From a bacterium (lineage in GTDB: Bacteria; UBA8248; JACPRG01; G963555815), in assembly GCA_963555815.3 (NCBI GenBank), contig CAUVWX020000001.1:1088001-1152000 (forward strand): a stretch of 64,000 nt of DNA, in the 5' to 3' direction. Shown piece by piece: positions 28,424 through 39,203 of this stretch (position 1 is its first letter; each line of letters starts with the position of its first letter). Made by a program: the position numbers and the translations under genes. The notes under the pieces are model-generated. The model ran no database searches and had not been told where the DNA came from. It saw only the letters and a program-made list of their open reading frames with translations.

Positions 28424-29491
28424 TCAAATTTTATTTTTGGTCCGCTTTAGAATCTCCTCAACCAACTTTTGATGCTCCTCGCAGCCGATGAGAGAAAGCG
28501 GCTGGGCGCGTTGGGGTTTCACCTTCGCCCGACGGATCCGGGTGAGAGATTCTTCGAGGCGGCTCATCGGGAGCCTGCCCTCTTGAAAAGCCGCGCGGAG
28601 CCCTTTTGCCACCTCTCGCGGGCCCTTTTTGCCGTGGCAGATGAGCAGGAGGTCCGCCCCCGCCTCGAGGGCAAGAAGGGCCGCCTCGGGAAGGGGATAG
28701 TGTTGAGCGATGGCGCCCATCTGAAGGTCGTCCGTCAGGATGAGGCCCCGAAAACCCATCTTCTTTCTCAGGAGTCCCGTGACGATCTTTTTGGAGAGGG
28801 ACGCAGGATGCTCTGGGTCAAGGGCGGGGAAGACGACGTGGGCTGTCATCAAGGCGGGAAGGCCCGCCTTGATGACAGCCCGAAAGGGGATGAGCTCCCG
28901 GCCTAAGATCGTCCGCCGTGCCACACGGGATCGGGGAAGCTCCACGTGAGAGTCGCCTGTCGTCCCGCCGTGGCCCGGAAAGTGCTTTCCAACAGGCAGA
29001 AGACCTGCCCTCAGGATCCCCCTCATCGCCGCCGTCCCCATCTCGGCCGCTGCATGGGGGTCTCGGCCGAAGGCGCGATCTCCGATCACCCGGTTCTTCG
29101 GATTCGTCCAGACGTCCAAGACCGGTGAGAGGTGCATGTTAATCCCGATGGCTGAGAGTTCCAGAGCAGAGGCGAAGAAGGAGACTTCGGTGAGAGCGGT
29201 GTCGCCCGCTTTTCCAAAAAGGGCCTGGGAGGGGAAGCGGCAAAAAGGTTTTGGGAGCCTGGAAACTCTTCCGCCCTCGTGATCGATGAGAATGAGGGGT
29301 TTTTGGGGCTTGACGAGGGCGCGGAGGTGTTGACAGAGATCTCGGAGCTGGGCCGGCGATCTTGCGTTTCGCTCGAAGAGGATGAAATTGCCCGGGCGGA
29401 CCTCCTCGATGAGACGTCGGTCTCCTTCCGTTATCTTCCTTCCGGGAAGACCCACGACGAGCAGTTGCCCGATCTTCTCTTCAAGCTTCAT
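28424..29491 (-). CDS. nagZ: beta-N-acetylhexosaminidase (GH3)
   Basis: DHEGGRV, KHFPGHG...DSH, TDDL.MGA. Confidence 0.93.
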   Translation of the reverse strand: MKLEEKIGQLLVVGLPGRKITEGDRRLIEEVRPGNFILFERNARSPAQLRDLCQHLRALVKPQKPLILIDHEGGRVSRLPKPFCRFPSQALFGKAGDTALTEVSFFASALELSAIGINMHLSPVLDVWTNPKNRVIGDRAFGRDPHAAAEMGTAAMRGILRAGLLPVGKHFPGHGGTTGDSHVELPRSRVARRTILGRELIPFRAVIKAGLPALMTAHVVFPALDPEHPASLSKKIVTGLLRKKMGFRGLILTDDLQMGAIAQHYPLPEAALLALEAGADLLLICHGKKGPREVAKGLRAAFQEGRLPMSRLEESLTRIRRAKVKPQRAQPLSLIGCEEHQKLVEEILKRTKNKI

Positions 29492-29589
29492 GGCGACGAT
29501 CTACTCCTCACATCACAGCCTCTGAATCGTAGCATAGGGCTTCTGTGGCCGCTCTCTCTCGGAAAGGTTTTCCCTGCACGATTTTGTAA

Positions 29590-31014
29590 GTGATATCATT
29601 AAATCTCTTCTTGCAGGAGAGAGTGCCCATGACGCTTCGCCGGATGTCTCTAGTCGTCCTCCTTTTTTCCCTCCTCCTTGCGCTTCCCACCGAGGGGGCC
29701 CGCCGGGTTGCTATTCTTGACCTTGAGAACCAGTCTGAGGGTCGCCTCAAGGAAGAATTTAGCTGGATCGGCCTCAATGTGCCCGAAACCCTCGCTGGAA
29801 AGCTCTCAGAGATCCCAGGTGTCGAGGTGATTGAGCGGATTCAGTGGAAAAAATTGGTGGATGAGCTTCGCCTTTCTCTCGTTTACCTCTATGACCACGA
29901 TGGGAAGGCCGCCGAGCTGGGAAAGCAGCTTGGGGCGCAGGTCATAGGTCTTGGCTCCTTTGTCGTCTTTGCGGGAAGTGTCAACGTTAACATCCGTTTT
30001 GTGGACGTCGAGACAGCGACGATTCTTGGGGCTTTGAATCGTGTGAGCCCAGTGGACGACCGCCTCTTTGAGGATTTTGGGGCCCTTGCCCTTGAGGCGG
30101 TCGAGGTCCTGAACCGGCGGGTGATAGGCGGTGAGGTGGCTTCTTTGCCTCCTGGGGAGGCGCTGAAAATCCCTGAGAGGACAAGGGGGAAGATCGAGAG
30201 ACCTGAGACGAAGACCTTTGACGCTTATGCGCTGTATGGAAAGGGAAGGAAGGCCTATGATCGAAACCCCTTGGATGAGGCCATTGCACTCCATTGGCAG
30301 GCCCTCGCCCTTGACCCGGACTACGCCGAGGCATGGCAGGACCTTGGAGAGGTCCTTCGAAAGCGCGGGAGGTTTAACGAGGCGGAGGAGGCGGTACGTC
30401 GCGCCTTTCATATTTTCTTTGACAGAGGAGATGAGAAGGGGGAAGGGGGTGCCCACAGAGACCTCGGCTTCGTCGCCAATGACCGCGGGGCCCACGACGA
30501 GGCTGAGAGGCGCTTCCGGAGGAGCCTGGCGATGAGTAGGAAACTTGGCAACGAGCAAGATGTCGCGGCGGCGCTGAATAACCTTGGCGAGGTCGCCCGT
30601 AACCGCGGTCGCTTCGACGAGGCTGAGAGGCTCTACCAGGAGAGCCTGGCGATTAAAAGAAGACTTGGCAACGAGCTAAATGTCGCAGCGGTGCTGCATA
30701 CTCTTGGCGAGGTCGCCGAGAGCCGCGGGCGCACCGACGAGGCCGAGAGGCTCTACCAGGAGAGCCTGGCGATTAGTAGGGGGGGTAGGGGATTCTATTC
30801 GCCAGGCGTTGCAAACACGCTTTTCAACCTCGCCATCCTCGAAAGAGACCGGGGCTCAACGGACCAGGCCATCGACTACGCGTTAGATTCCCTTGAGATC
30901 TCCCGCAGGACAGGAGGCCCATTAGCGGTCAGAGCTGAAAAATTCCTCCGACAGCTTGGGCTTAGGGGATCGTTAGAGATCGTCCATCCTCCAAGCCCAG
31001 CCCCCCAACCTTAA
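29590..31014 (+). CDS. secreted TPR-repeat protein with N-terminal CsgG/FlgO-like domain
   Basis: Signal peptide, RVAILDLEN, 40-aa TPR repeats (A.ALNNLGEVA..RG..DEAERLYQESLAI). Confidence 0.8.
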   Translation: MISLNLFLQERVPMTLRRMSLVVLLFSLLLALPTEGARRVAILDLENQSEGRLKEEFSWIGLNVPETLAGKLSEIPGVEVIERIQWKKLVDELRLSLVYLYDHDGKAAELGKQLGAQVIGLGSFVVFAGSVNVNIRFVDVETATILGALNRVSPVDDRLFEDFGALALEAVEVLNRRVIGGEVASLPPGEALKIPERTRGKIERPETKTFDAYALYGKGRKAYDRNPLDEAIALHWQALALDPDYAEAWQDLGEVLRKRGRFNEAEEAVRRAFHIFFDRGDEKGEGGAHRDLGFVANDRGAHDEAERRFRRSLAMSRKLGNEQDVAAALNNLGEVARNRGRFDEAERLYQESLAIKRRLGNELNVAAVLHTLGEVAESRGRTDEAERLYQESLAISRGGRGFYSPGVANTLFNLAILERDRGSTDQAIDYALDSLEISRRTGGPLAVRAEKFLRQLGLRGSLEIVHPPSPAPQP

Positions 31015-31151
31015 AGAGCCCTTTGCAGATCTTGTCGAAGATCTCTTCCTCCACCCGAGAGAAGCCTCAGACAAAAACCCATAGACAAGGCTATGATGGC
31101 TTGATAATGTTGAATTTGTGAGCCGTTGGGCCCTTGGGAGATTTTTGTTCC

Positions 31152-32111
31152 ATGGTCAAGGAGTTGGCAAAGCGCGTCTTTGAGATCGAGGCCAAGGCCA
31201 TCTTGGACCTCATCCCCCGGCTGGACGAGAATTTTAGTCGCGCCGTAGAAATCCTTCTGGCCTGCCGTGGGCGGATCGTGGTGAGTGGGATGGGGAAATC
31301 CGGCCTCATCGGCCGAAAAATCGCCTCGACCCTCTGCAGCATCGGTGCCCCGGCCCTCTTCCTGCACCCGGCCGAGGGGGCCCACGGGGACGCCGGGATG
31401 ATGACGCGGGGCGATGTGGTCCTCGCCATCTCCAATAGCGGCGAGACGGAGGAGCTTCTTTCCCTCCTCCCGATGGTCCGCCGCCTCGGGGTCCAGCTCA
31501 TCAGCCTGACGGGAAACCCCCGCTCCTCCCTCAGCGAGCGCAGCGAGGTGACGCTGGACATCAGCGTGGCCGAGGAGGCCTCTCCCCTGGAGGTCATCCC
31601 GACGGCCAGCATCGCGGCGACCCTCGCCATGGGCGACGCCCTGGCCATCGCCCTTCTCGAACGAAAGGGCGTCAAGGCCGAGGACTTCGCCGCTTATCAT
31701 CCGGGCGGGGTCGTGGGGAAACGTCTCCTCCTCCAGGTCGGAGATCTGATGCACACGGGCGAGGCTATCCCAAAAGTCGCGCCGGACACCCCTTTTAAGG
31801 ACGTCATCTATGAGATTTCCTCCAAACGCCTGGGTGTAACGGCTGTGGTGGACGGCGGCGGGGCCCTTTGCGGCGTCATCACGGATGGGGACCTTCGCCG
31901 CACCATGGAAGGCTCGACAGACGTCTATCAGATTAAGGCCGGCCAGATCATGACGAAGACGCCAAAGCTCATCGGCGAAAAGGACCTGGCCGCCAAGGCT
32001 GTTCGGGTGATGGAGGATTTTAGTATCACCTCCCTCATGATCGTGGATGAGAAACAGCGTCCCTGCGGCATCATCCACCTCCATGACCTCCTCAAAGCGG
32101 GCATCGTCTAA
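31152..32111 (+). CDS. kdsD: arabinose 5-phosphate isomerase
   Basis: GMGKSG, HPAEGAHGD, SNSGET, HPGG, CBS pair. Confidence 0.95.
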   Translation: MVKELAKRVFEIEAKAILDLIPRLDENFSRAVEILLACRGRIVVSGMGKSGLIGRKIASTLCSIGAPALFLHPAEGAHGDAGMMTRGDVVLAISNSGETEELLSLLPMVRRLGVQLISLTGNPRSSLSERSEVTLDISVAEEASPLEVIPTASIAATLAMGDALAIALLERKGVKAEDFAAYHPGGVVGKRLLLQVGDLMHTGEAIPKVAPDTPFKDVIYEISSKRLGVTAVVDGGGALCGVITDGDLRRTMEGSTDVYQIKAGQIMTKTPKLIGEKDLAAKAVRVMEDFSITSLMIVDEKQRPCGIIHLHDLLKAGIV

Positions 32112-32117
32112 CCATCT

Positions 32118-32642
32118 ATGGACCGAGACCGGGCCCAAAAGATCAAGCTCCTGATTCTGGATGTGGACGGAGTCCAGACCGACGGGGGCATCTACATGGG
32201 GGGCAAGGGAGATCCCCTTCGCCGCTTTGACATCCGGGACGGGACCGGCATCTATATTGCCATTGAGGCGGGGATTCGAGTCGCCTTCATGAGCGGAAAG
32301 TCCTCCCGGGCTATCAGGAAGCGGGCCGCTGATCTCGGCGTCAAGGATGTCTTCGAAGGCCTACGTGACAAGGGCGAGGCCTACAAAAAACTGAAATCCA
32401 AGTATGGCTTTTCCGATGAGGAGGTGGCGTTCGTGGGAGACGATGTCATCGATCTCCCGGTCCTTCGGCAGGTGGGCCTCGCCATCGCCGTGGGAGACGC
32501 CGCCGAGGAAGTCCAACAGGTTGCTCATCGGGTCACTGTCCGCCCCGGCGGGCGAGGGGCGGTGAGAGAGGTGGTGGAATACATTCTCAGGGCCCAGGGG
32601 AAGTGGGAGGAGATTCTGCAGGGGCGCTACGGCCTCCTTTGA
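32118..32642 (+). CDS. kdsC: KDO 8-phosphate phosphatase
   Basis: LDVDGV.TDG, GDD.ID, GGRGAVRE. Confidence 0.93.
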   Translation: MDRDRAQKIKLLILDVDGVQTDGGIYMGGKGDPLRRFDIRDGTGIYIAIEAGIRVAFMSGKSSRAIRKRAADLGVKDVFEGLRDKGEAYKKLKSKYGFSDEEVAFVGDDVIDLPVLRQVGLAIAVGDAAEEVQQVAHRVTVRPGGRGAVREVVEYILRAQGKWEEILQGRYGLL

Positions 32643-32700
32643 GAGGGCTTCGTTGTCGCCTCCTCTTTGATGGGAAACGATGCCTCGGTGAGGGTGAAAC

Positions 32701-34359
32701 ATGAGCAAGGCAGACTCCGCCCGGCACCAGTGGGAAGAAAAAATTCTTCAGCCCGCACTCAAGCGCTATTCCGAGCTTAAGAAAACCTTCCAGACTGATT
32801 CTCAGATCCCCATCGAGCGTCTTTATACGCCGGCCGATGGACAGGACTATGTAGAAAAGGTGGGATTTCCGGGCGCTTTTCCTTTCACCCGGGGGATCCA
32901 GCCCACGATGTATCGGGCCCGCCCCTGGACCATGCGCCAGTACGCGGGATTCGCCTCCGCCAAGGAATCCAACCGCCGCTATCGATATCTCCTGGAGAGG
33001 GGCGTGGCAGGTCTCAGCGTCGCCTTCGACCTCCCCACACAGATCGGCTATGACTCAGACAACCCCCTGGTCGAGGGGGAGGTGGGGCGGGTGGGGGTCA
33101 GCATCGACTCCCTTGCGGACATGGAGATCCTCTTCGACGGGATCCCACTGGACCGAGTCAGCACCTCCATGACCATCAATGCGACGGCGGCCATCCTCTT
33201 TGCCATGTACATCGCCGTCGGAGACAAGCAGGGGGTCCCCCGATCCTCCCTTCGGGGAACCGTCCAGAACGACATCCTGAAGGAGTACATCGCCCGGGGA
33301 ACCTACATCTTCCCCCCCAAACCCTCCCTCCGGATCATCACCGACATGTTCGCCTTCTCGTTGGAGGAGGTCCCCCAGTATCACCCCATCAGCGTTAGCG
33401 GCTACCACCTTCGGGAGGCGGGGGCGACAGCGGTCCAGGAGGTAGCCTTCACCCTGGCCGACGGGATCGCCTACATAGAGGCGGCCCTTCGAGCGGGGCT
33501 TGACGTGGATGCCCTGGGAGAGCGCCTCTCCTTCTTCTTCGCCGCCCACAACCACTTTTTGGAGGAGGTGGCCAAGTTCCGGGCCGCAAGGCGCCTCTGG
33601 TCCCGGACGCTTCGCGAACGGTTCGGTGCCCGGTCAGAGCAGGCCTGCATGCTCCGCTTTCACACCCAGACGGCCGGGGTCACCCTTACGGCGCAGCAGC
33701 CCAAGAATAATATTGTCCGGGTGGCCCTTCAGGCCCTGGCCGCTGTCCTTGGCGGGACCCAGTCCCTTCACACCGATTCCTACGACGAGGCTCTGGCGCT
33801 TCCCGCTGAAGAGGCGGTCTCCCTCGCCCTCCGGACCCAGCAGGTCATCGCCCACGAGTCGGGCGTGACGGACACCGTCGACCCCCTTGGAGGTTCCTAC
33901 GCCGTCGAGGCCTTGACGGACGCCATCGAGGAAAAAGCGGCCGAGTATATCGAGCGGATCGACGGGATGGGTGGGATGTTGAAGGCCATCGAGACGGGGT
34001 GGGTTCAGCAAGAGATCCAAGAGGCGGCTTACCGCCATCAGCGGGCGGTGGAGGCAAAGGAGACCGTCATCGTCGGCCTGAACAAGTATCAGGAGGGCAC
34101 CGAGGAGGGCCGGCCCGAGATGTTGCGAATTGACCTCGCCGCGGAGGAGGCCCAGAAAAGGAGGCTTTCTCGCGTCAGAACCGAGCGGGATAGTGGCGCT
34201 GTTGATGAGGCTCTCAGGGCCGTCCGAACCGCCGCCCAAGGGAAGGAGAACCTCATGCCTCCGCTCCTGAACGCCGTCAAGGCCTACGCTACCGTGGGGG
34301 AGATCTCCGACGTCCTTCGTGAGGTCTTTGGGGAGCATCAGGTGCCCACCCAGATCTAG
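32701..34359 (+). CDS. methylmalonyl-CoA mutase family, large (substrate-binding) subunit
   Basis: [35 protein letters not shown]; no B12-binding domain. Confidence 0.92.
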   Translation: MSKADSARHQWEEKILQPALKRYSELKKTFQTDSQIPIERLYTPADGQDYVEKVGFPGAFPFTRGIQPTMYRARPWTMRQYAGFASAKESNRRYRYLLERGVAGLSVAFDLPTQIGYDSDNPLVEGEVGRVGVSIDSLADMEILFDGIPLDRVSTSMTINATAAILFAMYIAVGDKQGVPRSSLRGTVQNDILKEYIARGTYIFPPKPSLRIITDMFAFSLEEVPQYHPISVSGYHLREAGATAVQEVAFTLADGIAYIEAALRAGLDVDALGERLSFFFAAHNHFLEEVAKFRAARRLWSRTLRERFGARSEQACMLRFHTQTAGVTLTAQQPKNNIVRVALQALAAVLGGTQSLHTDSYDEALALPAEEAVSLALRTQQVIAHESGVTDTVDPLGGSYAVEALTDAIEEKAAEYIERIDGMGGMLKAIETGWVQQEIQEAAYRHQRAVEAKETVIVGLNKYQEGTEEGRPEMLRIDLAAEEAQKRRLSRVRTERDSGAVDEALRAVRTAAQGKENLMPPLLNAVKAYATVGEISDVLREVFGEHQVPTQI

Positions 34360-34481
34360 ATCGACGAGGCACGATGGAGTAGACTGGCCTTCTCGTCTCT
34401 GGGTCCTTTCCTGCCGCGATCCTGTAAAGGAGATATTGATCAAGTGAGGGTGACCTGCGCTTACCCTGCGAAAAGTGAGGC

Positions 34482-37130
34482 ATGACCGGAAACGAAATTC
34501 GACAGAAATTTTTGGATTACTTTGAGCGGCACGACCACCAGGTGGTCCGAAGCTCCTCCCTTGTCCCGGTGGGCGACCCAACCCTCCTCTTCACGAACGC
34601 CGGGATGGTCCAGTTCAAAGGGGTTTTTACGGGCACCGAGCAACGAGATTACCGCCGGGCGGCCTCCTCGCAGAAATGCCTTCGCGTGAGCGGAAAGCAC
34701 AACGACCTCGAGAGGGTCGGCTTCACGGCCCGCCACCACACCTTCTTTGAGATGCTGGGAAATTTTTCGTTCGGGGACTACTTCAAGGAGGAGGCCATCG
34801 AGCTGGGCTGGAGATTCTTGGTGGATGAGATGGGTGTCCCCGCCCAAGATCTGTGGGTCTCCGTTTTTGAAAAGGACGACGAGGCCTTTCGTCTCTGGAG
34901 TGAAAAGATAGGGGTCCCGGAAGGGCGGATCCTCAGAAGGGGCGAGAAGGACAACTACTGGTCCATGGGGGAGACAGGCCCCTGCGGTCCCTGCTCGGAG
35001 ATCCTCCTGGACCAGCATCCCTCATCCTCCCCTCCCTTTGAAGAGGACCTTGAGTCGGACCGCTTCCTGGAGGTGTGGAACCTCGTCTTCATGCAATTTG
35101 TGCGGTCGGAAGATGGGAAGCGGAACCCCCTCCCAAAGCCCAGCATCGACACGGGGATGGGCTTAGAGCGCCTTTGTGCCATCCTTCAGGGTGTGACGAG
35201 CAACTTTCACACAGACCTCCTCTTTCCCCTCATCCGTTTCACGGAAGGATTTACAGAAAAACGCTATGACCTGAAGGGGGATTTTTACGACCGGACCCAC
35301 ATGAGCTTTCGGGTCATTGCGGATCACGTCAGGGCCATCGCCTTCTTGGTGGTGGACGGGGTCCTTCCCTCCAACGAAGGTCGGGGCTACGTGCTCAGGC
35401 GGATCTTGAGGCGGGCGGCAAGACACGGGCGTCTCCTCGGGATCGACAATCCCTTCCTTTACCGGGCCGTTGAAGAGGTGACGAACCTCATGAAGCATTT
35501 TTATCCCGAGCTCCGGGACGCCCTTACCTATATTTCCCGCGTCACCCTGGCGGAGGAAGAGCGTTTTGTCCACGCCCTGGACCAGGGGCTTCCCATCCTC
35601 TCGGACCTCATCGCCGGGGGGAAGGAGAAGGGGATCATCGACGGGAAGGCTCTCTTCAAGCTCTATGACACGCACGGATTTCCCCTCGATCTTGCCGAGG
35701 ACACCGCCACTGAGGAGGGGCTTAGTCTGGATCTGGGCGGCTTCAACGAGGCCATGGAGGAGCAGCGAGCGCGGGCCCGCGCCTCCTGGAAGGGTTTTGG
35801 AGAAGGGGTAGTCTCCCCCGCCCATCAAGCCCTGAAGAAGGCTTTTTCTCCCGTCCACTTTGTGGGCTACGAAAAGCTCTCTTGTCAGGCCAAGATTCTG
35901 GCCCTTGTGAAGGGAGAAAAGCCGGCCAAAGAGGCAGCTCAGGGCGAAGAAGTTGAGGTTCTCCTCGACCAAACGCCCTTTTACGCAGAGGCAGGGGGGC
36001 AGGTGGGGGACCAGGGGGTCCTGGAGGGCGAAGAGGTCCGCTTCCTGGTCGAGGATTGCCAGGCCCCGATGCCCGGATACCGGCTCCACCGGGGAAGGGT
36101 AGAGCAGGGAACTCTGAGGGTGGAAGATGAAGTAGAAGCCCGCGTGGACCAGGAAAGACGTGAGAGGACGGTTCTCAACCACACGGCGACCCATCTCCTT
36201 CACGCCGCCTTGCGCGAGATCCTGGGGGATCATGTGAAACAGGCGGGGTCCCTGGTCGCGCCAGACCGCCTCCGGTTTGACTATAGCCACTTCTCTTCCC
36301 TGAAATCCGGCGAGCAGCAGCGGATCGAGGAACGGGTCAACGAGCACGTTCGACAGGACGCCCCCGTCACCTGCAAGCAAATGACATTGGAGGAGGCCCT
36401 GGCGGAGGGGGCCATGGCGCTCTTTGGCGAAAAGTATGAGGAGAGGGTCCGGGTGGTCTCTGTTGAGGGCGTGAGCAAGGAGCTCTGCGGGGGGACCCAT
36501 ACAAAAACCTCGGGGAAGATTGGCCTCTTCAAGATCGTCCATGAGGGGAGTGTGGCGGCGGGCGTGAGACGGATTGAGGCCGTGACGGGATATGAAGCGT
36601 TGGCCCATGTCCAAAAGGGGGAGTCAGAGCTTGGGCGGATCGGGGACCTCCTGAAGGCCCGGCCTCTGGAGGCGGCGGAGAAAGTGGAGAAACTCACGGC
36701 AGAAAGGCGGGAGCTGAAACAGGAGATTCAAAAGCTCCGCCAGCGTCTCGACTTGGGGTTGACAGAAGACCTCCTTGCGAAAGTGAAGGATCTGGACGGC
36801 GTGCGTGTCCTGGTGGCCCGGGTTGATGAGTCGGATCCAAAGGGAATGCGAGGACTCATCGACGCCTTCAAGGTAAAAATCCGTTCGGGAATTGTGGTCC
36901 TCGGAGCGATCGACAAGGAAAAAGCGATCCTCTCAGCGGGTGTCACGAAAGATCTGGCGGGGCGTTTTCACGCCGGCGAGATCCTCAAGGCGAGCGTGGC
37001 CGTCGTTGGCGGGACCGGGGGTGGACGCCCCGACTTCGCCCAGGCGGGGGGCAAAAAGGCTTCTAGGCTTGACGAGGCTTTGGACAAGGCCCTGGAGGTC
37101 ATCCAGCACACGATCCAGCAGACCTCCTGA
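34482..37130 (+). CDS. alaS: alanine--tRNA ligase
   Basis: LLFTNAGM, HHTFFEMLGN, DTGMGLER, HTATHLLH, ELCGGTH, GGGRP. Confidence 0.98.
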   Translation: MTGNEIRQKFLDYFERHDHQVVRSSSLVPVGDPTLLFTNAGMVQFKGVFTGTEQRDYRRAASSQKCLRVSGKHNDLERVGFTARHHTFFEMLGNFSFGDYFKEEAIELGWRFLVDEMGVPAQDLWVSVFEKDDEAFRLWSEKIGVPEGRILRRGEKDNYWSMGETGPCGPCSEILLDQHPSSSPPFEEDLESDRFLEVWNLVFMQFVRSEDGKRNPLPKPSIDTGMGLERLCAILQGVTSNFHTDLLFPLIRFTEGFTEKRYDLKGDFYDRTHMSFRVIADHVRAIAFLVVDGVLPSNEGRGYVLRRILRRAARHGRLLGIDNPFLYRAVEEVTNLMKHFYPELRDALTYISRVTLAEEERFVHALDQGLPILSDLIAGGKEKGIIDGKALFKLYDTHGFPLDLAEDTATEEGLSLDLGGFNEAMEEQRARARASWKGFGEGVVSPAHQALKKAFSPVHFVGYEKLSCQAKILALVKGEKPAKEAAQGEEVEVLLDQTPFYAEAGGQVGDQGVLEGEEVRFLVEDCQAPMPGYRLHRGRVEQGTLRVEDEVEARVDQERRERTVLNHTATHLLHAALREILGDHVKQAGSLVAPDRLRFDYSHFSSLKSGEQQRIEERVNEHVRQDAPVTCKQMTLEEALAEGAMALFGEKYEERVRVVSVEGVSKELCGGTHTKTSGKIGLFKIVHEGSVAAGVRRIEAVTGYEALAHVQKGESELGRIGDLLKARPLEAAEKVEKLTAERRELKQEIQKLRQRLDLGLTEDLLAKVKDLDGVRVLVARVDESDPKGMRGLIDAFKVKIRSGIVVLGAIDKEKAILSAGVTKDLAGRFHAGEILKASVAVVGGTGGGRPDFAQAGGKKASRLDEALDKALEVIQHTIQQTS

Positions 37131-37209
37131 GCCCCGTCGGGGGGCGTCCTTTCCCCTCGAGGGACATCCCGAGCGTTTTTAAAAGTCTTCCCTCCTTTGA
37201 GGGGCTGTG

Positions 37210-38013
37210 ATGCGTCCACACGGATGGATCGGACTTGGGCTTCTCGTCGCCGCCGAAGTGCTTCTTTTCACCGGAAACCCCTTTGTCGGCGAATGGATGA
37301 CTCCCGTCGCCTGGACCGCCTACATCCTCTTTGTCGACGGCCTGGTTTACCGCCTGAAGGGGGAGTCCCTCCTGACGACCCGCCGGCGGGAGCTTTGGCC
37401 GATGCTCCCCCTCTCGATCATCGCGTGGCTCGTCTTTGAGTTTTACAATCAGCTTTTGCAGAACTGGTACTACATCGGTCTCTCTGAGAATTTCTATCAG
37501 CGGGGGATAGGCTACGCCTGGGCCTTCGCCACCATTTTCCCTGGCCTCTTTGTGACAGCGGATCTTTTCCAGGCCCTGGGAGTTTTCAAAAAATGCAAAG
37601 GGCGCGCTCTCAGTTTTACACCCACGAGGCTTCGGCTGAGCCTGACGCTGGGGCTTGTCTTTCTGGGTTATCCTCTTCTCTTCCCCTCACCTTATCTCTT
37701 TGCCCCGGTGTGGGTCGGGGTCATCCTCTTTCTTGGGCCCATGAACCTGGCCTATGCGCCCCAGAGCCTTTTTCGAGATGTCCAAGGGGGGGACTATGAG
37801 TGTTTCTTGTCCCTTCTGGCGGCCGGTCTTTTGTGCGGTTTTTTGTGGGAGTTCTGGAATTTCTGGGCCACGGCTAAGTGGATGTACACTATCCCCATCT
37901 TGCCCCGGCTAAAAATTTTCGAGATGCCGGTGATTGGATATCTGGGTTTCCCCCCCTTCGCCCTGGAGTGCTTTGCGATGTATCAGGCGGGCCGTGCACT
38001 CTTTCGATTTTGA
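37210..38013 (+). CDS. conserved multi-TM membrane protein
   Basis: About 8 hydrophobic helices; GFLWEFWN..A..KW.Y, FEMP..GYLGF.PF motifs. Confidence 0.8.
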   Translation: MRPHGWIGLGLLVAAEVLLFTGNPFVGEWMTPVAWTAYILFVDGLVYRLKGESLLTTRRRELWPMLPLSIIAWLVFEFYNQLLQNWYYIGLSENFYQRGIGYAWAFATIFPGLFVTADLFQALGVFKKCKGRALSFTPTRLRLSLTLGLVFLGYPLLFPSPYLFAPVWVGVILFLGPMNLAYAPQSLFRDVQGGDYECFLSLLAAGLLCGFLWEFWNFWATAKWMYTIPILPRLKIFEMPVIGYLGFPPFALECFAMYQAGRALFRF

Positions 38014-38130
38014 CGCTTCGCATTGGTCTCAGATTCCTTTCGGCGCTCGCCGCTCAGGGTGAGGATATTCTCCCTCACCTCGATGTGGATGTCCTCAGAA
38101 CAACCATCCCAAGGGGAAAGGAGAAACCCT

Positions 38131-39192
38131 ATGCCAGCCACCGGAGTGTTCGCTAAGGATCTTCCAATCTTCTCTAGGGCCAGGCGTTACCGGCAAAAGT
38201 TCCGTACGACGAGGCTCCTCAAAGATCTGGAGCATCGGATCTTCTCCGGAGGAGAGCCCGTCGCCGAGGCCGAGGCCTGCCGCCTGATTCGTACCGATGA
38301 CACGCACCTTTCCCCCCTTCTCGCGCTGGCAGACCGCGTGAGGGACCGCTACAAGGGAAAAGAGGTCAGGCTCTGCTCCGTCGTTAACGCCAAGTCCGGC
38401 CGCTGTCCGGAGAACTGCGGCTTTTGCTCTCAGTCCGCCCACTTCAAGAATACGGACGCCCCTGTCTATCCCCTTCTCCCCGCCTCCCAGATCGCCCAGG
38501 CCGCCCGAGAGGCCGCCGCTATGGAGGCCCGGGAATTCTCTATTGTGGCAAGCGGCACGGGCCCGAAATCCGTGAAAGAGATTCAAAATGTCGTTGATGC
38601 ACTGAAACTCATTCGCGAGGAGACAAAGCTAAAGCGCTGCGCCTCCCTTGGCATTACGGATGAGACGGTCCTTCGGGAGCTCAAGGCGGCCGGTCTTCAG
38701 AACTATCACCACAACCTGGAGACGGCCCGGAGCTTCTTCCCGAAAATCTGCACCACCCACACCTACGAAGACGACCGAAGGACGGTCCTGGCGGCCAAGC
38801 GCCTTGGCTTCTACACCTGCTGCGGGGGGATCTTCGGCATGGGGGAGACACCGGAGCAGAGGGTAGAGCTGGCCATGGACCTTCGGGAGCTCGACGTGGA
38901 TTCGGTCCCCATCAACTTCTTGAACCCCCGTCCCGGCACGCCCCTGGAAAAAGCCCATTTTCTCACCCCGGGCGATTGCCTTCGGGTGGTCGCTGTCTAC
39001 CGTCTGGTCATGCCCAAGAAGGACATCTTCGTCGCCGGAGGCCGGGAGGTAAATCTGAAGGATGAGCAGTCAAACATCTTCCGGGCAGGGGCCAACGGGA
39101 TGATGATTGGAAACTATCTCACGACCAAGGGCCGGGGCGCCGAGGCGGACCACCAAATGATCCGGGACGTCGGGATGACGATCCTTCACTGA
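38131..39192 (+). CDS. bioB: biotin synthase
   Basis: NAKSGRCPENCGFCSQS, YHHNLET, SVPINFL..GTP, GNYLTT. Confidence 0.95.
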   Translation: MPATGVFAKDLPIFSRARRYRQKFRTTRLLKDLEHRIFSGGEPVAEAEACRLIRTDDTHLSPLLALADRVRDRYKGKEVRLCSVVNAKSGRCPENCGFCSQSAHFKNTDAPVYPLLPASQIAQAAREAAAMEAREFSIVASGTGPKSVKEIQNVVDALKLIREETKLKRCASLGITDETVLRELKAAGLQNYHHNLETARSFFPKICTTHTYEDDRRTVLAAKRLGFYTCCGGIFGMGETPEQRVELAMDLRELDVDSVPINFLNPRPGTPLEKAHFLTPGDCLRVVAVYRLVMPKKDIFVAGGREVNLKDEQSNIFRAGANGMMIGNYLTTKGRGAEADHQMIRDVGMTILH

Positions 39193-39203
39193 GGACCGAC
39201 ACG

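Noticed and set aside
34360..34481. T-box leader before alaS
   Set aside because: The region is too short and has no TGGNACCGCG T-box motif.
35163..36614. Long antisense ORFs (also 4151-5056, 31011-32138, 49003-49785, 52309-53364 and others)
   Set aside because: They are shadows of well-conserved genes on the opposite strand, typical of high-GC codon bias.
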